From the NCBI RefSeq assembly GCF_035634915.1, contig NZ_DASQCB010000019.1:67668-131667 (forward strand): a DNA stretch of 64,000 nt, in the 5' to 3' direction. Shown here in pieces: positions 18,276-27,577 of this stretch (position 1 is the first letter of the stretch; every line of letters starts with the position of its first letter). Under the pieces are notes generated by a model. The model was not told the origin of the DNA. It was given only the letters and a program-made list of their open reading frames with translations, and made no database searches. This DNA comes from Stenotrophomonas sp. Lineage in GTDB: Bacteria; Pseudomonadota; Gammaproteobacteria; Xanthomonadales; Xanthomonadaceae. A program made the translations under genes and the position numbers.

Positions 18276-18327
18276 ATCATCTGTGAACTAGACTGCAGGT
18301 GGACAATCATCTGTGAACTGGATTCAC
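18276..18327. promoter_or_regulatory. candidate LysR operator region (direct repeats plus T-N11-A type palindrome)
   Basis: ATCATCTGTGAACT occurs at 18276 and again at 18306, 30 bp apart. GTGAA-CTGGA-TTCAC lies at 18313..18327, in the divergent intergenic region between the hydrolase and LysR genes. Confidence 0.35.
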
Positions 18328-18331
18328 TTCA

Positions 18332-19249
18332 ATGGCACGCCCCGACATCAACCGATCCGGCGAACTGGAAGTGTTCGTGCGGGTGATCGAAACCGGTGGT
18401 TTTTCGGCCGCCGCGCGCTCGCTGGACATGACGCCCTCGGCGGTCAGCAAGCTGGTGGCGCGGCTGGAGCAGCGGCTGGGTACGCGCCTGCTGCAGCGCT
18501 CCACCCGGCAGCTGCAGCTGACCCCGGAAGGCTGTGCGTTCTATGAACGTGGCCTGCGCGTGCTGGCCGACCTGGAGGAGGCCGAGCGCTGCGCCAGCGC
18601 CCATGCCGAGCCGCGCGGGCGGCTGCGGGTCAATTCCAACGTGCCCTTCGGCCAGCACTTCCTGCTGCCGCTGCTGCCCGGGTTCCTGCAGCAGCACCCG
18701 CAGGTGGGCGTAGACCTCACCCTGAATGACGAGGTGATCGACCTGCTGGAGCAGCGTACCGACGTTGCCGTGCGGGCGGGGCCGCTGAAGAGTTCCAGCC
18801 TGGTGGCGCGGCGGCTGGGCGCGACCCGGATGATGATCGTGGCGGCGCCGTCCTATGCCCGCCAGCAGGGTCTGCCGGCCACCGCCGAGGAACTGCTGGC
18901 CCATAACCGCCTGGATATCGGCCATGCGCGGGCGATGCAGGGCTGGCCGCTGCTGCAGGACGGCAGCGAGCGCAGGGTGCTGCCCAGTGGCAACGCCCGT
19001 GCCAGCAATGGCGACGCGCTGCGCCAGCTGGTGCTGGGCGGTCTGGGTCTGGCGCGCCTGGCCGCGTTCCAGGTGCAGGGCGACATTGCCGCGGGGCGTC
19101 TGCTGCCGGTGCTGGAAGCGGCCAACCCGGGTGACCTGGAAGAGGTGCACGCGGTGTTCCTGGGGCAGGGGGGGTACCTGCCGCTGCGGGTGCGTGCGTT
19201 CCTCGATTACCTGGTGGAGCACGTGGATCTGGCGCGGCCGTTGGGGTGA
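18332..19249 (+). CDS. LysR family transcriptional regulator
   Basis: N-terminal wHTH (FSAAARSLDMTPSAVSKLVARLEQRLGTRLLQRSTR) plus a LysR substrate-binding domain. Confidence 0.85.
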   Translation: MARPDINRSGELEVFVRVIETGGFSAAARSLDMTPSAVSKLVARLEQRLGTRLLQRSTRQLQLTPEGCAFYERGLRVLADLEEAERCASAHAEPRGRLRVNSNVPFGQHFLLPLLPGFLQQHPQVGVDLTLNDEVIDLLEQRTDVAVRAGPLKSSSLVARRLGATRMMIVAAPSYARQQGLPATAEELLAHNRLDIGHARAMQGWPLLQDGSERRVLPSGNARASNGDALRQLVLGGLGLARLAAFQVQGDIAAGRLLPVLEAANPGDLEEVHAVFLGQGGYLPLRVRAFLDYLVEHVDLARPLG

Positions 19250-19268
19250 AACCACGCATGGACGTGCG

Positions 19269-19346
19269 GGAGCCGAGCGTGGGCTCGGCTCTACACGGTG
19301 GTCTCGTTAGGGCGCACGGCTGTAGAGCCGAGCCCACGCTCGGCTC
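19269..19346. repeat. SMAG dimer (two inverted GTAG palindromes)
   Basis: GAGCCGAGCGTGGGCTCGGCTCTACA ... TGTAGAGCCGAGCCCACGCTCGGCTC. The second unit reaches the recN stop codon. Confidence 0.75.
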
Positions 19347-21006
19347 AATGCGCCAGCAGCTTGCGGGCCGCAGCGCGTGCTTCCTTGCTCACTTCCACGC
19401 CGCCCAGCATGCGTGCCAGTTCTTCCTCGCGCGCCCTGGTGTCCAGCTTCTCCACCGCGCTCTGGGTCATGCCTTCCACCGGCGCCTTGCTGACCCGGTA
19501 ATGGGCATGGCCCTTGGACGCGACCTGCGGCAGGTGGGTAACGCACAGCACCTGCCGCTTCTCGCCGAGCGCGCGCAGTTTCTGGCCGACGATGTCGGCC
19601 ACCGCGCCGCCGATGCCCGAATCGACTTCGTCGAACACCATGGTCGGCACCGCATCCAGATCCAGTGCGGCCACTTCGATGGCCAGCGAGATACGCGAAA
19701 GTTCACCGCCGGAGGCGACCTTGCGCAGCGCCCGTGGCGGCTGGCCGGCGTTGGCCGCCACCAGGAACTCCACGCGCTCGGCGCCCTGTGGGTCGGGCTT
19801 GCCGCTGTCCTGCGGTTCCAGCTCGATCAGGAACTGGCCGCCGCCCATGCCCAGCTCGGCGATGATGCCGGTGGTGGTGGCCGACAGCTCTGCGGCGGCC
19901 TTGCGGCGGCTGGCACTGAGTACTTCGGCCTGCACGCGCCAGGCAGCGGCGGCCTTGTCGATCTCACCGGCCAGGCGCTGCAGGCGCTCGTCGGCGCCAC
20001 GCAGCTGCTCCACTTCGGCATGCATGCGTTCGCGCTGCGCGCCCAGTTCGTCCATCGGCACGCGGTGCTTGCGGGCCAGGTCGTGCAGGCGGCCGAGGCG
20101 GCGCTCGTTTTCCTCGAACTGCTCCGGATCGGCATCGAGGTCGTCATGCACGCGGTCCAGCAGCGACAAGGCCTCATGCAGCTGGATCGAGGCGTTCTCG
20201 ATCAGGCCGTCCACCTCGCCCAGGCGCGGGTCGTGCTCGACCAGCCGCGACAGTTCGTGGCGCACCTGCTGCAGCAGGTCCAGGGCCGAGCTGCCGTCGT
20301 CGCCGTTGAGCTGGTTGCTGGCCGCCTGGCAGGCGCTCAGCAGGGCGCTGGCGTGGGCCTGGCGGCGGTGGCTGGCACCCAGTGCGGCAATCGATTCGGG
20401 TTCCAGGTCCTCGCGGTCCAGTTCGCGCAGCTGGTGTTCGAGGAAGCCGATGCGGTCGGATACGTCGCCCTGTTGCGACAGCGCCAGTGACTCATCGACC
20501 AGCGTCTGCCAGGCCGCAGCGGCGCGGCGCACCTGGCGGCGTTCGTCCTCGTTGCGGGCATAGGCGTCGAGCAGGGCCAGCTGCGACGGGCGCGTCAGCA
20601 GGGCCTGCTGCTCGTGCTGGCCGTGGATTTCCACCAGCCGGCCAGCCAGCTCGGCCAGCTGCGCCAGGGTGACCGGGCGGCCGTTGATCCACGAGCGCGA
20701 GCCACCATCGGCGCGGATGACCCGGCGCAGCTGGCACTGGTCCTCGTCGTCCAGCTCGTTCTCGGCCAGCCACTGGCGCGCAGCCTGCAGCTGGTCCAGG
20801 GCGAACTCGGCCGACAGTTCGGCGCGTGCGGCACCGTGGCGGACCACGCCGCTGTCGGCGCGCAGGCCGGACAGGAAGCCGAGCGCGTCCACCATCAGCG
20901 ACTTGCCGGCGCCGGTCTCGCCTGAAACGACGGTCATGCCCGGCCCGAACTCCAGCTCGGTAGCGCGGACGACGGCAAAATCCTTGATCGAAAGATGTCT
21001 GAGCAT
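19345..21006 (-). CDS. recN: DNA repair protein RecN
   Basis: 553 aa, MLRHLSIKDFAVVRATELEFGPGMTVVSGETGAGKS..., with an SMC-like coiled coil and a C-terminal signature. Start moved to Met23. Confidence 0.93.
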   Translation of the reverse strand: MLRHLSIKDFAVVRATELEFGPGMTVVSGETGAGKSLMVDALGFLSGLRADSGVVRHGAARAELSAEFALDQLQAARQWLAENELDDEDQCQLRRVIRADGGSRSWINGRPVTLAQLAELAGRLVEIHGQHEQQALLTRPSQLALLDAYARNEDERRQVRRAAAAWQTLVDESLALSQQGDVSDRIGFLEHQLRELDREDLEPESIAALGASHRRQAHASALLSACQAASNQLNGDDGSSALDLLQQVRHELSRLVEHDPRLGEVDGLIENASIQLHEALSLLDRVHDDLDADPEQFEENERRLGRLHDLARKHRVPMDELGAQRERMHAEVEQLRGADERLQRLAGEIDKAAAAWRVQAEVLSASRRKAAAELSATTTGIIAELGMGGGQFLIELEPQDSGKPDPQGAERVEFLVAANAGQPPRALRKVASGGELSRISLAIEVAALDLDAVPTMVFDEVDSGIGGAVADIVGQKLRALGEKRQVLCVTHLPQVASKGHAHYRVSKAPVEGMTQSAVEKLDTRAREEELARMLGGVEVSKEARAAARKLLAH

Positions 21007-21064
21007 GGGTACAGGGGTGTCTGAGCCGCGCAACGCTAGCACGCGCGGCGGGGTGGTCCAATGA

Positions 21065-21093
21065 CTTGCCAAGGCGACGCACCGCCATTATCT
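21065..21093 (+). promoter_or_regulatory. weak sigma32-like promoter candidate upstream of hrcA
   Basis: CTTGCC-N14-CCATTATCT. This is only a partial match to CTTGAA-N13-17-CCCCATNT. Confidence 0.25.
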
Positions 21094-21120
21094 AGTGTCC
21101 GTGTCTCACAGGTTGATTCC

Positions 21121-22185
21121 ATGCACGGTTCCGCTGACCAGCTTGCCCCGCGTGCGCGCCATCTGCTGCGCACGCTGATCGCGCGCTACATCCAGGACGG
21201 TGAGCCGGTCGGCTCGCAGACGCTGGCGCGCGTGGCCGGCCTGGAAGTCAGCCCGGCCACCATCCGCAACATCCTGGGCGATCTGGAAGACCTGGGCCTG
21301 CTGGCCTCGCCGCATACCTCGGCCGGGCGCATCCCTACCGCGCACGGCTACCGGGTCTTTGTCGACAGCCTGCTGCAGATGCAGCCGCCGGGCGAGGGTG
21401 AACTGGCCCGCCTGCGCCACGAACTGGCCGGTGGTGGCAGCACCCAGGCCCTGCTGGGCAGCGCCTCGGAGCTGCTGTCGGCGATGAGCCATTTCGTCGG
21501 CGTGGTCAGTGCCCCACGTCGCGAGCAGTTCGCCTTCCGCCAGATCGATTTCGTGGCGCTGGACGGGCGCCGGGTGCTGGCGATCCTGGTCTTTGCCGAC
21601 AACGAGGTGCAGAACCGGGTCATCGAGACCCGCCAGGACTTCGAACCCGGGCAGCTGGAACAGGTAGCCAACTACCTCAATGCCCATTTCGCGGGCCTGC
21701 CCCTGGTCGAGATCCGTACCCGCCTGCTGCTGGAACTGCGTGACGCGCGTTCCGAGCTGGAGCAGCTGCTGGCGCACAGCATCGAACTGGCCGAGCAGGC
21801 CCTGCAGCCGCCGGCCGACGACATGCTGGTGGCCGGCCAGACCCGGTTGATGGGGGTGCAGGACCTGTCCGACCTGGAACGCCTGCGCGAGCTGTTCGAG
21901 CTGTTCTCCAGCAAGCGCGAGATCCTGCAGCTGCTGGAGCGGACCATCCAGGCCCCGGGCGTGCGCATCTTCATCGGCGAAGAGACCGGGATGATGCCGC
22001 TGCAGGGGGTCTCGCTGGTCACCGCGCCCTATACCGCCAACGGCCAGGTGCTGGGCGTGCTGGGGGTGATCGGGCCCAAGCGGATGGCCTACGACCGGAT
22101 GATTCCACTGGTCCAGGCCACCGCGGACGTGCTCGGGGCGGCGTTTTCGCCCCCGGGGCGCGGTCCGGGGCCGGCTGACGCTTGA
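21121..22185 (+). CDS. hrcA: heat-inducible transcription repressor HrcA
   Basis: RARHLLRTLIARYIQDGEPVGSQTLA... is a typical HrcA N-terminus. It is followed by grpE-dnaK-dnaJ. Confidence 0.9.
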   Translation: MHGSADQLAPRARHLLRTLIARYIQDGEPVGSQTLARVAGLEVSPATIRNILGDLEDLGLLASPHTSAGRIPTAHGYRVFVDSLLQMQPPGEGELARLRHELAGGGSTQALLGSASELLSAMSHFVGVVSAPRREQFAFRQIDFVALDGRRVLAILVFADNEVQNRVIETRQDFEPGQLEQVANYLNAHFAGLPLVEIRTRLLLELRDARSELEQLLAHSIELAEQALQPPADDMLVAGQTRLMGVQDLSDLERLRELFELFSSKREILQLLERTIQAPGVRIFIGEETGMMPLQGVSLVTAPYTANGQVLGVLGVIGPKRMAYDRMIPLVQATADVLGAAFSPPGRGPGPADA

Positions 22186-22248
22186 AACGCAGCATCCCGC
22201 CCACACTAGGGTGGGTGGAGGCGGGCAGTGACCGCCAGGGACCCAGAC

Positions 22249-22764
22249 ATGAACCAAGAACATCCAGATATCGAATCGCAGCAGAGCGCCGCCGATGCGG
22301 CCGCTGCCGCAGGCACCCATGACGAACTGGAGCGCCTGCGCGCCGAGGTCGAGCAGGTCAAGGCCGATGCGCTGCGTGAGCGCGCCGACCTGGAGAACCA
22401 GCGCAAGCGCGTGGCCCGCGACATCGAGCAGGCCCGCAAGTTCGCCAACGAAAAGCTGCTGGGCGAGCTGCTGCCGGTGTTTGACAGCCTGGATGCCGGC
22501 CTGAAGGCCGCCGGCGACGATGCCAACCCGCTGCGCGAGGGGCTGGAAATGACCTACAAGCAGCTGCTGAAGGTCGCCGCCGACAACGGCCTGGTCCTGC
22601 TGGACCCGACCGGCCAGCCGTTCAACCCGGAACACCACCAGGCCATCAGCCAGGTGCCGGCCCCCGGCGCCGCCCCCGGCAGCGTGGTGACCGTGTTCCA
22701 GAAGGGCTACCTGCTCAACGAGCGCCTGCTGCGGCCGGCGCTGGTGGTGGTGGCCGCCGATTGA
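22249..22764 (+). CDS. grpE: nucleotide exchange factor GrpE
   Basis: Coiled-coil [29 protein letters not shown] plus the GrpE C-terminal domain. ATG at 22249 was chosen over GTG at 22228. Confidence 0.9.
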   Translation: MNQEHPDIESQQSAADAAAAAGTHDELERLRAEVEQVKADALRERADLENQRKRVARDIEQARKFANEKLLGELLPVFDSLDAGLKAAGDDANPLREGLEMTYKQLLKVAADNGLVLLDPTGQPFNPEHHQAISQVPAPGAAPGSVVTVFQKGYLLNERLLRPALVVVAAD

Positions 22765-22796
22765 CGCGCCGGGCCGGCAACGGCCCGTCGCCGCCA

Positions 22797-22824
22797 GGTA
22801 GTGCCGGGCCAGGCCCGGCGTACC
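22797..22824. repeat. SMAG palindrome between grpE and dnaK
   Basis: GGTAGTGCCGGGCCAGGCCCGGCGTACC. Confidence 0.6.
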
Positions 22825-22856
22825 TTGAACGGTTGAACACAGCGTTCGGGTGATGG

Positions 22857-22885
22857 CTTGAATGTTCCACGAGCCTCCCCCACAT
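22857..22885 (+). promoter_or_regulatory. sigma32-type heat-shock promoter of dnaK
   Basis: CTTGAA-N14/15-CCCCCACAT about 65 bp upstream of the dnaK ATG. Matches the consensus CTTGAA...CCCCATNT. Confidence 0.55.
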
Positions 22886-22949
22886 CCCATTCATCCACCG
22901 GCCGACCGGCCGGACTGACACCCACAAGCATTCTTCAGGAGTCTCCCCC

Positions 22950-24872
22950 ATGGGCAAGATCATTGGTATCGACCTCGGCACCACCAACTCGTGCGTGGCG
23001 ATCATGGACGGCGGCAAGGCCCGCGTCATCGAGAATTCGGAAGGCGATCGCACCACCCCGTCGATCGTCGCCTACACCAAGGACGGCGAAGTCCTGGTCG
23101 GCGCCTCGGCCAAGCGCCAGGCCGTCACCAACCCCAAGAACACCTTCTACGCGGTGAAGCGCCTGATCGGCCGCAAGTTCACCGACGCCGAAGTGCAGAA
23201 GGACATCGCCCACGTCCCGTACAGCATCCTGGCCCATGACAATGGCGACGCTTGGGTGTCGACCAGCGATGCCAGGAAGATGGCGCCGCAGGAAATCTCG
23301 GCCAAGGTGCTGGAAAAGATGAAGAAGACCGCCGAGGACTTCCTCGGTGAGAAGGTCACCGAAGCGATCATCACCGTGCCGGCCTACTTCAACGACAGCC
23401 AGCGCCAGGCGACCAAGGACGCCGGCCGCATCGCCGGCCTGGACGTCAAGCGCATCATCAACGAGCCGACCGCGGCCGCGCTGGCCTATGGCCTGGACAA
23501 GGGCGACAACAAGGATCGCAAGATCGTGGTGTACGACCTGGGCGGCGGCACCTTCGACGTCTCGGTGATCGAGATCGCCAACGTCGACGGTGAGAAGCAG
23601 TTCGAAGTGCTGGCCACCAACGGTGACACCTTCCTGGGCGGCGAAGATTTCGACAACCGCGTCATCGAGTACCTGGTTGAAGAGTTCAACAAGGACCAGG
23701 GCATCGACCTGCGCAAGGATCCGCTGGCCCTGCAGCGCCTGAAGGACGCCGCCGAGCGCGCCAAGATCGAGCTGTCCAGCGCCCAGCAGACCGAAGTGAA
23801 CCTGCCGTACGTCACCGCTGACGCGTCGGGTCCGAAGCACCTGAACATCAAGCTGACCCGCGCCAAGCTGGAAGCCCTGGTGGACGAGCTGATCCGCAAG
23901 TCGATCGAGCCGTGCCGCGTCGCCCTGAACGATGCCGGCCTGCGTTCGAGCGACATCAGCGAAGTGATCCTGGTCGGTGGCCAGACCCGCATGCCGAAGG
24001 TGCAGCAGGCGGTGACCGAGTTCTTCGGCAAGGAACCGCGCAAGGACGTCAACCCGGACGAAGCCGTGGCACTGGGTGCGGCGATCCAGGGCGGCGTGCT
24101 GGGCGGCGACGTCAAGGACGTGCTGCTGCTGGACGTGACCCCGCTGTCGCTGGGCATCGAGACCATGGGCGGCGTGTTCACCAAGATCATCGAGAAGAAC
24201 ACCACCATCCCGACCAAGGCCTCGCAGGTGTTCTCCACCGCCGAGGACAACCAGTCGGCCGTGACCGTGCACGTGCTGCAGGGTGAGCGCGAACAGGCCC
24301 GCTTCAACAAGTCGCTGGCCAAGTTTGACCTGTCCGGCATCGAGCCGGCTCCGCGCGGCCTGCCGCAGGTGGAAGTGTCCTTCGACATCGACGCCAACGG
24401 CATCCTGCACGTGTCGGCCAAGGACAAGAAGACCAACAAGGAACAGAAGGTCGAGATCAAGGCCGGTTCGGGTCTGTCCGAGGAAGAGATCGCGCGCATG
24501 GTCGCCGACGCGGAAGCCAACCGCGAAGAGGACAAGAAGTTCCAGGAACTGGTGCAGGCCCGCAACCAGGCCGATGCCCTGATCCACGGCACCCGCAGCG
24601 CCATCACCGAGCACGGCAGCAAGGTTGGCGGCGATGTCATCGGCAAGGTCGAGGCGGCGCTGGCCGACCTGGAAACCGCGATGAAGGGCGACGACAAGGC
24701 ACAGATCGAAGCCAAGTCGAAGGTGCTGGAGGAAGCCGGCCAGGCGCTGTTCGCCGCTGCTTCGGCCGACCAGGGCGGTGCCCCGGGTGCCGACGCCGGC
24801 AACGCAGGCAAGGCGCAGGATGACGTGGTGGACGCCGAGTTCACCGAAGTCAAGGACGACAAGAAGTCCTGA
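22950..24872 (+). CDS. dnaK: molecular chaperone DnaK (Hsp70)
   Basis: 640 aa, [17 protein letters not shown]...DLGGGTFD..., unmistakably Hsp70. Confidence 0.98.
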   Translation: MGKIIGIDLGTTNSCVAIMDGGKARVIENSEGDRTTPSIVAYTKDGEVLVGASAKRQAVTNPKNTFYAVKRLIGRKFTDAEVQKDIAHVPYSILAHDNGDAWVSTSDARKMAPQEISAKVLEKMKKTAEDFLGEKVTEAIITVPAYFNDSQRQATKDAGRIAGLDVKRIINEPTAAALAYGLDKGDNKDRKIVVYDLGGGTFDVSVIEIANVDGEKQFEVLATNGDTFLGGEDFDNRVIEYLVEEFNKDQGIDLRKDPLALQRLKDAAERAKIELSSAQQTEVNLPYVTADASGPKHLNIKLTRAKLEALVDELIRKSIEPCRVALNDAGLRSSDISEVILVGGQTRMPKVQQAVTEFFGKEPRKDVNPDEAVALGAAIQGGVLGGDVKDVLLLDVTPLSLGIETMGGVFTKIIEKNTTIPTKASQVFSTAEDNQSAVTVHVLQGEREQARFNKSLAKFDLSGIEPAPRGLPQVEVSFDIDANGILHVSAKDKKTNKEQKVEIKAGSGLSEEEIARMVADAEANREEDKKFQELVQARNQADALIHGTRSAITEHGSKVGGDVIGKVEAALADLETAMKGDDKAQIEAKSKVLEEAGQALFAAASADQGGAPGADAGNAGKAQDDVVDAEFTEVKDDKKS

Positions 24873-24884
24873 TCCGGACCGACA

Positions 24885-24916
24885 CGGGACGCTGGCTGCC
24901 AGCGTCCCGTTGTCGT
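24885..24916 (+). terminator. hairpin after dnaK (partial terminator/attenuator)
   Basis: CGGGACGCTGG-CTG-CCAGCGTCCCG followed by TTGTCGT. A second hairpin, AAGAGCGGA...TCCGCTCTT, lies at about 24961..24984. Confidence 0.45.
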
Positions 24917-25026
24917 ACCAGGGTCCTGACCGCCCACCGGCGTGTCGGGGCGCCCGACGCAAGAGCGGACCTGGTTCCGCTCTTCCGCTTTGACGAATCC
25001 CGACTTTCCGGAATGCGATCCACGAT

Positions 25027-26154
25027 ATGAGCAAGCGCGATTACTACGAAGTGCTGGGCGTTGCCCGCACCGCCACCGACGAAGAGCTGAAGAAGGCCTA
25101 CCGTCGCTGCGCGATGAAGTTCCACCCGGACCGCAACCCGGGTGATGCGGCGGCCGAAGCCTCCTTCAAGGAGTGCAAGGAAGCCTACGAAACGCTGTCC
25201 GACGGCAACAAGCGCCGCATGTACGATGCCCACGGCCACGCCGCGTTCGAGCACGGCATGGGCGGCGGCGGTGGTCCGGGCGGCCCGGACATGAACGATA
25301 TCTTCGGCGATATCTTCGGCAACATCTTTGGTGGCGGCGGTGGTGGCCCGCGCCAGGCCCGTCGCGGTGCCGACATCGGTTACGTGATGGAACTGGACCT
25401 GGAAGAGGCCGTGCGCGGCGTCGAGCGCCGGATCGAGATCCCGACCCTGGCCGAGTGCGGCGACTGCGATGGCAGTGGCTCCGAAGACGGCAAGGTCGAG
25501 ACCTGCAACGTCTGCCATGGCCGCGGCCAGGTGCGCATCCAGCGCGGCATCTTCGCCATGCAGCAGGCCTGCCACAACTGCAACGGCCGAGGCCAGATCA
25601 TCGCCAAGCCGTGCAAGACCTGCCACGGCAACGGCCGCATCGAGGAAGACAAGGTGCTGTCGGTGAAGGTGCCCGCTGGCGTCGACACCGGTGACCGCAT
25701 CCGCCTGCAGGGCGAAGGCGAGGCCGGCCCGGCCGGTACGCCGCCGGGTGACCTGTACGTGGAAGTGCGTGTGCGCGAGCACCACATCTTCCAGCGTGAC
25801 GGCGACGACCTGCACTGCGAAGTGCCGATTCGCATCTCGCAGGCCGCGCTGGGCGACACCGTGCGCGTGGCCACCCTCGGCGGCGAAGCGGAAATCCGCA
25901 TCCCGGCCGAGACCCAGACCGGCAAGCTGTTCCGCCTGCGCGGCAAGGGCGTGCGTTCGGTGCGCAGCCGCAGCGAAGGCGATCTCTACTGCCGCGTGGT
26001 GGTGGAAACCCCGGTGAACCTGACCGCCGACCAGCGCAAGCTGCTGGAGCAGTTCGAGGCGACCTTCAACGGCGAGGAAGCACGCAAGCATTCGCCGAAG
26101 TCCGCTACCTTCATCGATGGCGTGAAGGGCTTCTGGGACCGGATGACGTCCTGA
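25027..26154 (+). CDS. dnaJ: molecular chaperone DnaJ
   Basis: J domain with HPDRNP, a G/F-rich region and four CxxCxGxG zinc-finger repeats. Confidence 0.97.
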   Translation: MSKRDYYEVLGVARTATDEELKKAYRRCAMKFHPDRNPGDAAAEASFKECKEAYETLSDGNKRRMYDAHGHAAFEHGMGGGGGPGGPDMNDIFGDIFGNIFGGGGGGPRQARRGADIGYVMELDLEEAVRGVERRIEIPTLAECGDCDGSGSEDGKVETCNVCHGRGQVRIQRGIFAMQQACHNCNGRGQIIAKPCKTCHGNGRIEEDKVLSVKVPAGVDTGDRIRLQGEGEAGPAGTPPGDLYVEVRVREHHIFQRDGDDLHCEVPIRISQAALGDTVRVATLGGEAEIRIPAETQTGKLFRLRGKGVRSVRSRSEGDLYCRVVVETPVNLTADQRKLLEQFEATFNGEEARKHSPKSATFIDGVKGFWDRMTS

Positions 26155-26176
26155 GTTTCCAGCTACGTGTTGAACG

Positions 26177-26203
26177 AAAACGCCGGGCTCTGCCCGGCGT
26201 TTT
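26177..26203. terminator. bidirectional rho-independent terminator after dnaJ
   Basis: AAAA-CGCCGGG-CTCT-GCCCGGCG-TTTT between convergent genes. Confidence 0.65.
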
Positions 26204-26215
26204 CGTGTGGGGTGC

Positions 26216-26599
26216 CTACATGATTTCCCAGTTGGCATCGCCCTGCAGGCGGCGGCCCTGGAACAGCAGCGTTCCGCGATCGCCAACAACGTCCAGCTCG
26301 AACCATGGCTGGCCATCACGCTTTCGTGGACGGACGTAGAGCCGTTTTTCGCGTCGATTCATTTCGACGTAGTACGCATTGCGCTCCGGGGCGTCGTCCG
26401 CCTTTCCCGTCCAGACGACATGGATGTAGCCGTCATCGCTTCGACCCTGGATCTCAAGCCGGAAGCGGAATCCGTCCTTCTGTTCGTCCGAGTGGAAGCG
26501 GAAATGCGTGCCGCTGGCCTGCGCGGGTGGGCTGATGACGGCCAGCGCCAGTAATACGGCAACAGCGAATCCTGACGCGACGATCCATGCCTTCTTCAT
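26216..26599 (-). CDS. hypothetical secreted protein
   Basis: 127 aa with signal peptide MKKAWIVASGFAVAVLLALAVISPPAQA. No family recognised. Confidence 0.55.
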   Translation of the reverse strand: MKKAWIVASGFAVAVLLALAVISPPAQASGTHFRFHSDEQKDGFRFRLEIQGRSDDGYIHVVWTGKADDAPERNAYYVEMNRREKRLYVRPRKRDGQPWFELDVVGDRGTLLFQGRRLQGDANWEIM

Positions 26600-26706
26600 G
26601 CGGGTCTCCTTTCCTTGGGACGGTTATCGAAGCACGCACGTGCTGGCAGACATCCTACCCGGACGCGGCCGTGGATCCACGCCATGCGTGGGTGCCGTTC
26701 AACGCC

Positions 26707-27504
26707 TCACCGGAAGAACGCCGCCGGCGTCTGCCCCAGCTGCCGCTTGAACATGCTGGTGAACGCGCTGGGGCTGTCGTAGCCCATCGCCAGTGCCACA
26801 TCGATGACCTTCTCGCCCACTGCCAGGCGCTCCATCGCGGCCAGCAGGCGGGCCTGTTGCCGCCACTGGCCGAAGGTCAGGCCCAGCTCGCTGGCGAAAT
26901 GGCGCTGGATGGTCTTCACGTCCACCGCGAGGGCCTGGGCCCAGTCCTGCAGGGTGGCTTCATCGCCAGGATGCTTCTGGATGTGCTGGCAGATGCGCTG
27001 CAGGCGTGGGTCGGTTGGCGTTGGCAGGTGCAGCGGCAGCACGTCCATGCGGTGCAGTTCGTCCAGCAGCAGGCGCACCACGCGGCCATCGCGGCTGTCG
27101 TCCTGGTGCTCGCCCTCGATCAGCGTCGCGGCATGCAGCAGCTCGCGCAGCAGCGGCGCAACCTGCACCGCGAAGGCTTCGGTGGCCAGCTGTGGGGCGA
27201 ACGCGGGGTCGATGTACAGGCTGCGCATGTGCACATCGGCGATGCAGTCCACTGCATGGGCCATGCCGGCCGGCATCCAGATCGCACGGGTGGAAGGCAC
27301 TACCCAGCGGCCGACCTCCGAACGCACCACCATCAGCCCGGACATCGCATAGACCAGCTGGTGGCGGCGATGACGGTGTGGCGAAACCCGGGTGCCGCCC
27401 GGGTAGTCCTTCACCCGGCACGTGACCGGGCGATGGCCGGGCACCTCATTCCAGGGCGCGGATTCCCGGATCGCGCAGGGTGTGTCCTTTTTGCGATATG
27501 GCAT
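26707..27504 (-). CDS. AraC family transcriptional regulator (cupin N-domain)
   Basis: C-terminal double HTH (...AMGYDSPSAFTSMFKRQLGQTP). Start moved to Met64 (MPYRKKD) of ORF 26707..27693. Lies divergent from an MFS gene. Confidence 0.8.
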   Translation of the reverse strand: MPYRKKDTPCAIRESAPWNEVPGHRPVTCRVKDYPGGTRVSPHRHRRHQLVYAMSGLMVVRSEVGRWVVPSTRAIWMPAGMAHAVDCIADVHMRSLYIDPAFAPQLATEAFAVQVAPLLRELLHAATLIEGEHQDDSRDGRVVRLLLDELHRMDVLPLHLPTPTDPRLQRICQHIQKHPGDEATLQDWAQALAVDVKTIQRHFASELGLTFGQWRQQARLLAAMERLAVGEKVIDVALAMGYDSPSAFTSMFKRQLGQTPAAFFR

Positions 27505-27577
27505 GACCAGAACGCGGCGGAAGGGAGGGGGAGGGCACCGTAGCATGCGGGGCTTGCCCCCAACCTGACTGCGCACC

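Noticed and set aside
21007-21120. A CIRCE operator (TTAGCACTC-N9-GAGTGCTAA) upstream of hrcA, and a LexA box upstream of the divergent recN.
   Set aside because: No convincing inverted repeat of either type is visible. Only a weak sigma32-like match was kept, at low confidence.
22935-25034. A 699-aa ORF antisense to dnaK. Many similar long ORFs appear in the track, for example 5336..6559, 9586..11247, 10568..11875, 15693..17147, 17005..18291, 18329..19255, 19246..20490, 21106..22890, 24850..26319, 29277..30521, 29831..31309, 36168..38384, 38827..41460, 41265..42821, 42562..44475, 44240..46429, 47934..49268, 49959..51488 and 51010..52965.
   Set aside because: Each lies opposite or out of frame to a gene with unmistakable family motifs. 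Their translations are Arg/Ala/Gly/His/Pro-rich low-complexity strings, typical of stop-poor non-coding frames in GC-rich DNA.
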